Of a stretch of DNA of 64,000 nucleotides, positions 45,901 through 58,500 are shown piece by piece. Position 1 is the stretch's first letter. Every line of letters starts with the position of its first letter. The position numbers and the translations under genes are program-made. The notes beneath the pieces are model-generated. The model saw nothing but the letters and a program-made list of their open reading frames with translations. It was not told the origin of the DNA and did not search any database. This DNA is from Centroscyllium fabricii (taxonomy: Eukaryota): contig JBNRSN020000031.1 in assembly GCA_051313645.2 (NCBI GenBank), forward strand, positions 6,572,001 through 6,636,000. Reading direction: 5' to 3'.

Positions 45901-48900
45901 CACGTAATCACATGTTGAGTTATCATTGGCCAACAGGCATCCGGAAGGACTACTTATTATATTCACGTAATCACATGCTGAGTTATCATTGGCCCACAGG
46001 CATCTGGAAGGACTACCTATTATATTCACGTAATCACATGCTGAGTTATCATTGGCCCACAGGCATCTGTAAGGACTACCTATTATATTCAGGTAATCAC
46101 ATGCTGAATTATCATTGGCCCACAATCATCTGTAAGGACTACCTATTATATTCACGTAATCACATGCTGAATTATCATTGGCCCACAGGCATCTGTAAGG
46201 ACAACCTGTTATATTCACGTAATCACATGCGGAGTTATCATTGGCCCACAGGCATCTGTAAGGACTACCTATTATATTCACGTAGTCACATGCTGAGATA
46301 TCATTGGCCCACAGGCATCTGTAAGGACTACCTATTATATTCACGTAATCACATGCTGAATTATTATTGGCCCACAGTCATCTGTAAGGACTACCTATTA
46401 TATTCACGTAATCACATGCTGAGTTATCATTGGCCCACAGGCATCTGTAAGGACTACCTATTATATTCACGTAATCACATGCTGAGATATCATTGGCCCA
46501 CAGGCATCTGTAAGGGCTACCTATTATATTCACGTAATCACATGCTAAGTTATCATTGGCCCACAGGCATCTGTAAGGACTACCTATTATATTCACGAAA
46601 TCACATGCTAAGTTATCATTGGCCCACAGGCATCTGTAAGGACTACCTATTATATTCACGTAATCACATGCTGAATTATCATTGGCCCACAGGCATCTGT
46701 AAGGACTACCTATTATATTCACGTAATCACATGCTGAGTTATCATTGACCCGCAGGCATCTTTAAGGACTACCAATTATATTCACGTGATCACATGCTGA
46801 GTTATCATTGGCCGACAGGCATCTGTATGGTCTACTATTGTATTCACGTAATCACATGCTGAGTTATCATTGGCCCGCAGGCATCTGTAAGGACTACCTA
46901 TTATATTCTCATAATCACATGCTGAGTTATCATTGGCCCACAGGCATCTGTAAGGAGAATTATTATATTCACGTAATCATATGCTGAGTTATCATTGGCC
47001 CAGAGGCATGTGTAAGGACTACCTAATATATTCACGTAATCACATGCTGAGTTATCATTGGCCCACAGGCATCTGTAAGGACTACCTATTATAATCACGT
47101 AATCACATGCTGAGTTATCATTGGCCCACAAGCATCTGTAAGGACTACCTATTATATTCACGTAATCACATGCTGAATTATCATTGGACCACAGGCATTT
47201 GTAAGGATTACCTATTATATTCACGTAATCACATGCTGAGTTATTATTGGCCCACAGGCATCTGTAAGGACTACCTATTATATTCACGTAATCACATGAT
47301 GAGTTATCATATGCCCACAGGCATCTGTAAGGGCTACCTATTATATTCCCGTAATAATATGCTGAGTTATCATTGCCCACAGGCATCTGTAAGGACTACC
47401 TATTATATTCACATAATCAAATGCTGAGTTATCATTGGCCCACAGGCATCTGTAAGGACTACCTATTATATTCAGGTAATCACATGCTGAATTCTGATTG
47501 GCCCACAGGCATCTGTAAGGACTAGCTATTATATTCAGGTAATCACATGATGAGTTATCATTGGCCCACAGGCATCTGTAAGGACTACCTGTTATATTCA
47601 CGTAATCACATGCTGAGTTATCATTCGCCAACAGGCATTTGTAAGGACTACCTATTATATTCACGTATTCACATGCTGAGTTATCATTGGCCCACAGGCA
47701 TCTGGAAGGGCTACCTATTATATTCCCGTAATAATATGCTGAGTTATCATTGGCCCACAGGCAGCTGTAAGGACTACCTATTATATTCCCGTAATAATAT
47801 GCTGAGTTATCATTGGCCCACAGGCAGCTGTAAGGACTACCTATTATATTCACGTAATCAAATGCTGAGTTATCATTGGCCCACAGGCATCTGTAAGGAC
47901 TACCTATTATATTCAGGTAATCACATGCTGAATTATCATTGGCCCACAGGCATCTGTAAGGACTACCTATTATATTCACGTAATCACATGCTGAGTTATC
48001 ATTGGCCCACAGGCATCTGTAAGGACTACCTGTTATATTCACGTAATCACATGCTGAGTTATCATTGGCCCACAGGCATTTGTAAGGACTACCTATTATA
48101 TTCACGTAATCACATGCTGAGTTATCATTGGCCCACAGGCATCTGTAAGGACAACCTTTCATATTCACGTAATCACATGCTGAATTACCATTGGCCCACA
48201 GGCATCTGTAAGGACTACTTATTATATTCACGTAATCACATGCTGAGTTATCATTGGACCACAGGCATCTATAAGGACTACCTATTATATTCACGTAATT
48301 ACATGCTCAGATATCATTGGCCCACAGGCATCTGTAAGGACTACATGTTATATTCACGTAATCACATGCTGAGTTATCATTGGCCCACAGGCATTTGTAA
48401 GGACTACCTATTATATTCACGTATTCACATGCTGAGTTATCATTGGCCCACAGGCATCTGTAAGGACTACCTTTCATATTCACGTAATCACATGCTGAAT
48501 TATCATTGGCCCACAGGCATCTGTAAGGACTACCTATTATATTCACGTAATCACATGCTGAGTTATCATTGGCCCACAGGCATCTGTAAGGAATACCTAT
48601 TATATTCACGTAATCACATGCTGAGATATCATTGGCCTACAGGCATCTGTAAGGACTACCTATTATATTCACGAAATCACATGCTAAGTTATCATTGGCC
48701 CACAGGCATCTGTAAGGACTACCTATTATATTCACGTAATCACATGCTGAATTATCATTGGCCCACAGGCATCTGTAAGGACTACCTATTATATTCACGT
48801 AATCACATGCTGAGTTATCATTGACCCGCAGGCATCTGTAAGGACTACCAATTATATTCACGTGATCACATGCTGAGTTATCATTGGCCCACAGGCATCT

Positions 48901-49595
48901 GTATGGTCTACTATTGTATTCACGTAATCACATGCTGAGTTATCATTGGCCCGCAGGCATCTGTAAGGACTACCTATTATATTCTCATAATCACATGCTG
49001 AGTTATCATTGGCCCACAGGCATCTGTGAGGAGAATTATTATATTCACGTAATCATATGCTGAGTTATCATTGGCCCAGAGGCATCTGTAAGGACTACCT
49101 AATATATTCACGTAATCACATGCTGAGTTATCATTGGCCCACAGGCATCTGTAAGGACTACCTATTATAATCACGTAATCACATGCTGAGTTATCATTGG
49201 CCCACAAGCATCTGTAAGGACTACCTATTATATTCACGTAATCACATGCTGAATTATCATTGGACCACAGGCATTTGTAAGGATTACCTATTATATTCAC
49301 GTAATCACATGCTGAGTTATTATTGGCCCACAGGCATCTGTAAGGACTACCTATTATATTCACGTAATCACATGATGAGTTATCATATGCCCATAGGCAT
49401 CTGTAAGGGCTACCTATTATATTCCCGTAATAATATGCTGAGTTATCATTGCCCACAGGCATCTGTAAGGACTACCTATTATATTCACGTAATCAAATGC
49501 TGAGTTATCATTGGCCCATAGGCATCTGTAAGGACTACCTATTATATTCAGGTAATCACATGCTGAATTCTGATTGGCCCACAGGCATCTGTAAG
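33920..49595 (+). repeat. Large satellite duplication: about 33920-41480 repeated at about 42100-49595 (offset 8178, then 8115 after loss of one monomer)
   Basis: ORF offsets 35578/43756, 36458/44636 and 36930/45108 = 8178; 38786/46901 and 40862/48977 = 8115. The 567-aa and 546-aa repeat ORFs differ by exactly one 21-aa unit. Boundaries are approximate. Confidence 0.85.
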
Positions 49596-52500
49596 GACTA
49601 CCTATTATATTCACGTAATCACATGCTGAGTTATCATTGGCCCACAGGCATCTGTAAGGACTACCTGTTATATTCACATAATCACATGCTGAATTATCAT
49701 TCGCCAACAGGCATTTGTAAGGACTACCTTTTATATTCACGTATTCACATGCTGAGTTATCACTGGCCCACAGGCATCTGTAAGGACTACCTATTAAATT
49801 CAAGTAATCACATGCTGAGTTATCATTGGCCAACAGGCATCTGTAAGGACTTCCTATTATATTCACGTAATCATATGCTGAGTTATCATCGGCCAATAGA
49901 CATCTGTAAGGACAACCTATTGTATTCACGTAATCACATGCTGAGTTTTCATTGGCCCACAGGCATCTGTAAGGAGAATTATTATATTCACGTAATCATA
50001 TGCTGAGTTATCATTGGCCCAGAGGCATCTGTAAGGACTACCTAATATATTCACGTAATCACATGCTGAGTTATCATTGGCCCACAGGCATCTGTAAGGA
50101 CTACCTATTATAATCACGTAATCACATGCTGAGTTATCATTGGCCCACAAGCATCTGTAAGGACTACCTATTATATTCACGTAATCACATGCTGAATTAT
50201 CATTGGACCACAGGCATTTGTAAGGATTACCTATTATATTCACGTAATCACATGCTGAGTTATTATTGGCCCACAGGCATCTGTAAGGACTACCTATTAT
50301 ATTCACGTTATCACATGGTGAGTTATCATATGCCCACAGGCATCTGTAAGGGCTACCTATTATATTCCCGTAATAATATGCTGAGTTATCATTGCCCACA
50401 GGCATCTGTAAGGACTACCTATTATATTCACATAATCACATGTTGAGTTATCATTGGCCCACAGGCATCTGTAAGGACTACTATTATATTCACGTAATCA
50501 TATGCTGAGTTATCATTGGCCCACAGGCATCTGTAAGGACTACCTAATATATTCACGTAATCACATGCTGAGTTATCATTGGCCCACAGGCATCTGTAAG
50601 GACTACCTATTATATTCACGTAATCACATGCTGAGTTATCATTGGCCCACAGGCATCTGTAAGGACTACCTGTTATATTCACGTAATCACATGCTGAATT
50701 ATCATTCGCCAACAGGCATTTGTAAGGACTACCTTTTATATTCACGTATTCACATGCTGAGTTATCATTGGCCCACAGGCATCTGTAAGGACTACCTATT
50801 AAATTCAAGTAATCACATGCTGAGTTATCATTGGCCAACAGGCATCTGTAAGGACTTCCTTTTATATTCACGTAATCATATGCTGAGTTATCATCGGCCA
50901 ATAGACATCTGTAAGGACAACCTATTGTATTCAAGTAATCACATGCTGAGTTATCATTGGCCCACAGGCATCTGTAAGGACTACCTATTATATTTACATA
51001 ACCACATGCTGAGTTATCATTGGCCCACAGGCATCTGTATGGACTACCTATTTTATTCACGTAATCACATACTGAGTTATCATTGGCACACAGGTATCTG
51101 TAAGGACTACCTACTATATTCATGTAATCACATGCTGAGCTATCATTGGCCCACAGGCATCTGGAAGGACTACCTATTATATTCACGTAATCACATGCAA
51201 AATTATCATTGGACCAAAGGCATCTGTAAGGACAACCTATTATATTCACGTAATCACATGTTGAGTTATCATTGGCCAACAGGCATCCGGAAGGACTACT
51301 TATTATATTCACGTAATCACATGCTGAGTTATCATTGGCCCACAGGCATCTGGAAGGACTACCTATTATATTCACGTAATCACATGCTGAGTTATCATTG
51401 GCCCACAGGCATCTGTAAGGACTACCTATTATATTCAGGTAATCACATGCTGAATTATCATTGGCCCACAATCATCTGTAAGGACTACCTATTATATTCA
51501 CGTAATCACATGCTGAATTATCATTGGCCCACAGGCATCTGTAAGGACAACCTGTTATATTCACGTAATCACATGCGGAGTTATCATTGGCCCACAGGCA
51601 TCTGTAAGGACTACCTATTATATTCACGTAGTCACATGCTGAGATATCATTGGCCCACAGGCATCTGTAAGGACTACCTATTATATTCACGTAATCACAT
51701 GCTGAGTTATCATTGGCCCACAGGCATCTGTAAGGACTACCTATTATATTCACGTAATCACATGCTGAATTATCATTGGCCCACAGTCATCTGTAAGGAC
51801 TACCTATTATATTCACGTAATCACATGCTGAGTTATCATTGGCCCACAGGCATCTGTAAGGACTACCTATTATATTCACGTAATCACATGCTGAGATATC
51901 ATTGGCCCACAGGCATCTGTAAGGGCTACCTATTATATTCACGTAATCACATGCTAAGTTATCATTGGCCCACAGGCATCTGTAAGGACTACCTATTATA
52001 TTCACGAAATCACATGCTAAGTTATCATTGGCCCACAGGCATCTGTAAGGACTACCTATTATATTCACGTAATCACATGCTGAATTATCATTGGCCCACA
52101 GGCATCTGTAAGGTCTACCTATTATATTCACGTAATCACATGCTGAGTTATCATTGACCCGCAGGCAACTTTCTTGACTACCAATTATATTCACGTGATC
52201 ACATGCTGAGTTATCATTGGCCGACAGGCATCTGTATGGTCTACTATTGTATTCACATAATCACATGCTGAGTTATCATTGGCCCGCAGGCATCTGTAAG
52301 GACTACCTATTATATTCTCATAATCACATGCTGAGTTATCATTGGCCCACAGGCATCTGTAAGGAGAATTATTATATTCACGTAATCATATGCTGAGTTA
52401 TCATTGGCCCAGAGGCATCTGTAAGGACTACCTAATATATTCACGTAATCACATGCTGAGTTATCATTGGCCCACAGGCATCTGTAAGGACTACCTATTA

Positions 52501-55500
52501 TAATCACGTAATCACATGCTGAGTTATCATTGGCCCACAAGCATCTGTAAGGACTACCTATTATATTCACGTAATCACATGCTGAATTATCATTGGACCA
52601 CAGGCATTTGTAAGGATTACCTATTATATTCACGTAATCACATGCTGAGTTATTATTGGCCCACAGGCATCTGTAAGGACTACCTATTATATTCACGTAA
52701 TCACATGATGAGTTATCATATGCCCACAGGCATCTGTAAGGGCTACCTATTATATTCCCGTAATAATATGCTGAGTTATCATTGCCCACAGGCATCTGTA
52801 AGGACTACCTATTATATTCACATAATCACATGTTGAGTTATCATTGGCCCACAGGCATCTGTAAGAACTACTATTATATTCACGTAATCATATGCTGAGT
52901 TATCATTGGCCCACAGGCATCTGTAAGGACTACCTAATATATTCACGTAATCACATGCTGAGTTATCATTGGCCCACAGGCATCTGTAAGTTCTACCTAT
53001 TATAATCACGTAATCACATGCTGGGTTATCATTGGCCCACAGGCATCTGTAAGGACTACCGATTATATTCACGTAATCACATGCTGACTTATCATTGGAC
53101 CACAGGCATTTGTAAGGACTACCTATTATATTCACGTAATCACATGCTGAGTTATTATTGGCCCACAGGCATCTGTAAGGACAACCTATTATATTCACGT
53201 AATCACATGATGAGTTACCATATGCCCACAGGCATCTGCAAGGGCTACCTATTATATTCCCGTAATAATATGCTGAGTTATCATTGCCCACAGGCATCTG
53301 TAAGGACTACCTATTATATTCAGGTAATCACATGCTGAATTCTGATTGGCCCACAGGCATCTGTAAGGATTAGCTATTATATTCACGTAATCACATGCTG
53401 AGTTATCATTGGCCCACAGGCATCTGTAAGGACTACCTGTTATATTCACGTAATCACATGCTGAGTTATCATTGGCCCACATGCATCTGTAAGGACTACC
53501 TATTATATTCACGTAATCGCATGCTGAGTCATCATTGGCCAACAGGCATCTGTAAGGACTACCTATTATATTCACGTAATCATATGCTGAGTTATCATCG
53601 GCCAACAGACATCTGTAAGGACAACCTATTGTATTCAAGTAATCACATGCTGAGTTATCATTGGCCCACAGGCATCTGTAAGGACTACCTATTATATTCA
53701 CATAATCACATCCTGAGTTATCATTGGCCCACAGGCATCTGTATGGACTACCTATTTTATTCACGTAATCACATGCTGAGTTATCATTGGCCCACAGGTA
53801 TCTGTAAGGACTACATGTTATATTCACGTAATCACATGCTGAGTTATCATTGGCCCACAGGCATTTGTAAGGACTACCTATTATATTCACGTATTCACAT
53901 GCTGAGTTATCATTGGCCCACAGGCATCTGTAAGGACTACCTTTCATATTCACGTAATCACATGCTGAATTATCATTGGCCCACAGGCATCTGTAAGGAC
54001 TACCTATTATATTCACGTAATCACATGCTGAGTTATCATTGGCCCACAGGCATCTGTAAGGAATACCTATTATATTCACGTAATCACATGCTGAGATATC
54101 ATTGGCCCACAGGCATCTGTAAGGACTACCTATTATATTCACGAAATCACATGCTAAGTTATCATTGGCCCACAGGCATCTGTAAGGACTACCTATTATA
54201 TTCACGTAATCACATGCTGAATTATCATTGGCCCACAGGCATCTGTAAGGACTACCTATTATATTCACGTAATCACATGCTGAGTTATCATTGACCCGCA
54301 GGCATCTGTAAGGACTACCAATTATATTCACGTGATCACATGCTGAGTTATCATTGGCCCACAGGCATCTGTATGGTCTACTATTGTATTCACGTAATCA
54401 CATGCTGAGTTATCATTGGCCCGCAGGCATCTGTAAGGACTACCTATTATATTCTCATAATCACATGCTGAGTTATCATTGGCCCACAGGCATCTGTGAG
54501 GAGAATTATTATATTCACGTAATCATATGCTGAGTTATCATTGGCCCAGAGGCATCTGTAAGGACTACCTAATATATTCACGTAATCACATGCTGAGTTA
54601 TCATTGGCCCACAGGCATCTGTAAGGACTACCTATTATAATCACGTAATCACATGCTGAGTTATCATTGGCCCACAAGCATCTGTAAGGACTACCTATTA
54701 TATTCACGTAATCACATGCTGAATTATCATTGGACCACAGGCATTTGTAAGGATTACCTATTATATTCACGTAATCACATGCTGAGTTATTATTGGCCCA
54801 CAGGCATCTGTAAGGACTACCTATTATATTCACGTAATCACATGATGAGTTATCATATGCCCATAGGCATCTGTAAGGGCTACCTATTATACTCCCGTAA
54901 TAATATGCTGAGTTATCATTGCCCACAGGCATCTGTAAGGACTACCTATTATATTCACGTAATCAAATGCTGAGTTATCATTGGCCCATAGGCATCTGTA
55001 AGGACTACCTATTATATTCAGGTAATCACATGCTGAATTCTGATTGGCCCACAGGCATCTGTAAGGACTACCTATTATATTCACGTAATCACATGCTGAG
55101 TTATCATTGGCCCACAGGCATCTGTAAGGACTACCTGTTATATTCACGTAATCACATGCTGAATTATCATTCGCCAACAGGCATTTGTAAGGACTACCTT
55201 TTATATTCACGTATTCACATGCTGAGTTATCATTGGCCCACAGGCATCTGTAAGGACTACCTATTAAATTCAAGTAATCACATGCTGAGTTATCATTGGC
55301 CAACAGGCATCTGTAAGGACTTCCTTTTATATTCACGTAATCATATGCTGAGTTATCATCGGCCAATAGACATCTGTAAGGACAACCTATTGTATTCAAG
55401 TAATCACATGCTGAGTTATCATTGGCCCACAGGCATCTGTAAGGACTACCTATTATATTTACATAACCACATGCTGAGTTATCATTGGCCCACAGGCATC

Positions 55501-58500
55501 TGTATGGACTACCTATTTTATTCACGTAATCACATACTGAGTTATCATTGGCACACAGGTATCTGTAAGGACTACCTACTATATTCATGTAATCACATGC
55601 TGAGCTATCATTGGCCCACAGGCATCTGGAAGGACTACCTATTATATTCACGTAATCACATGCAAAATTATCATTGGACCAAAGGCATCTGTAAGGACAA
55701 CCTATTATATTCACGTACTCACATGTTGAGTTATCACTGGCCAACAGGCATCCGGAAGGACTACTTATTATATTCACGTAATCACATGCTGAGTTATCAT
55801 TGGCCCACAGGCATCTGGAAGGACTACCTATTATATTCACGTAATCACATGCTGAGTTATCATTGGCCCACAGGCATCTGTAAGGACTACCTATTATATT
55901 CAGGTAATCACATGCTGAATTATCATTGGCCCACAATCATCTGTAAGCACTACCTATTATATTCACGTAATCACATGCTGAATTATCATTGGCCCACAGG
56001 CATCTGTAAGGACAACCTGTTATATTCACGTAATCACATGCGGAGTTATCATTGGCCCACAGGCATCTGTAAGGACTACCTATTATATTCACGTAGTCAC
56101 ATGCTGAGATATCATTGGCCCACAGGCATCTGTAAGGACTACCTATTATATTCACGTAATCACATGCTGAGTTATCATTGGCCCACAGGCATCTGTAAGG
56201 ACTACCTATTATATTCACGTAATCACATGCTGAATTATCATTGGCCCACAGTCATCTGTAAGGACTACCTATTATATTCACGTAATCACATGCTGAGTTA
56301 TCATTGGCCCACAGGCATCTGTAAGGACTACCTATTATATTCACGTAATCACATGCTGAGATATCATTGGCCCACAGGCATCTGTAAGGGCTACCTATTA
56401 TATTCACGTAATCACATGCTAAGTTATCATTGGCCCACAGGCATCTGTAAGGACTACCTATTATATTCACGAAATCACATGCTAAGTTATCATTGGCCCA
56501 CAGGCATCTGTAAGGACTACCTATTATATTCACGTAATCACATGCTGAATTATCATTGGCCCACAGGCATCTGTAAGGACTACCTATTATATTCACGTAA
56601 TCACATGCTGAGTTATCATTGACCCGCAGGCATCTTTAAGGACTACCAATTATATTCACGTGATCACATGCTGAGTTATCATTGGCCGACAGGCATCTGT
56701 ATGGTCTACTATTGTATTCACGTAATCACATGCTGAGTTATCATTGGACCGCAGGCATCTGTAAGGACTACCTATTATATTCTCATAATCACATGCTGAG
56801 TTATCATTGGCCCACAGGCATCTGTAAGGAGAATTATTATATTCACGTAATCATATGCTGAGTTATCATTGGCCCAGAGGCATCTGTAAGGACTACCTAA
56901 TATATTCACGTAATCACATGCTGAGTTATCATTGGCCCACAGGCATCTGTAAGGACTACCTATTATAATCACGTAATCACATGCTGAGTTATCATTGGCC
57001 CACAAGCATCTGTAAGGACTACCTATTATATTCACGTAATCACATGCTGAATTATCATTGGACCACAGGCATTTGTAAGGATTACCTATTATATTCACGT
57101 AATCACATGCTGAGTTATTATTGGCCCACAGGCATCTGTAAGGACTACCTATTATATTCACGTAATCACATGATGAGTTATCATATGCCCACAGGCATCT
57201 GTAAGGGCTACCTATTATATTCCCGTAATAATATGCTGAGTTATCATTGCCCACAGGCATCTGTAAGGACTACCTATTATATTTACGTAATCAAATGCTG
57301 AGTTATCATTGGCCCATAGGCATCTGTAAGGACTACCTATTATATTCAGGTAATCACATGCTGAATTCTGATTGGCCCACAGGCATCTGTAAGGACTACC
57401 TATTATATTCACGTAATCACATGCTGAGTTATCATTGGCACACAGGCATCTGTAAGGACTACCTGTTATATTCACATAATCACATGCTGAATTATCATTC
57501 GCCAACAGGCATTTGTAAGGACTACCTATTATATTCACGTACTCACATGCTGAGTTATCATTGGCCCACAGGCATCTGTAAGGACTACCTATTAAATTCA
57601 CGTAATCACATGCTGAGTTATCATTGGCCAACAGGCATCTGTAAGGACTACCTATTATATTTACATAACCACATGCTGAGTTATCATTGGCCCACAGGCA
57701 TCTGTATGGACTACCTATTTTATTCACGTAATCACATGCTCAGTTATCATTGGCCCACATGTATCTGTAAGGACTACCTATTATATTCATGTAATCACAT
57801 GCTGAGCTATCATTGGCCCACAGGCATCTGGAAGGACTACCTATTATATTCACGTAATCACATGCAAAATTATCATTGGACCAAAGGCATCTGTAAGGAC
57901 AACCTATTATATTCACGTAATCACATGTTGAGTTATCATTGGCCAACAGGCATCCGGAAGGACTACTTATTATATTCACGTAATCACATGCTGAGTTATC
58001 ATTGGCCCACAGGCATCTGGAAGGACTACCTATTATATTCACGTAATCACATGCTGAGTTATCATTGGCCCACAGGCATCTGTAAGGACTACCTATTATA
58101 TTCAGGTAATCACATGCTGAATTATCATTGGCCCACAATCATCTGTAAGGACTACCTATTATATTCACGTAATCACATGCTGAATTATCATTGGCCCATA
58201 GGCATCTGTAAGGACAACCTGTTATATTCACGTAATCACATGCTGAGTTATCATTGGCCCACAGGCATCTGTATGGTCTACTATTGTATTCACGTAATCA
58301 CATGCTGAGTTATCATTGGCCCGCAGGCATCTGTAAGGACTACCTATTATATTCTCATAATCACATGCTGGGTTATCATTGGCCCACAGGCATCTGTAAG
58401 GAGAATTATTATATTCACGTAATCATATGCTGAGTTATCATTGGCCCAGAGGCATCTGTAAGGGCTACCTAATATATTCACGTAATCACATGCTGAGTTA

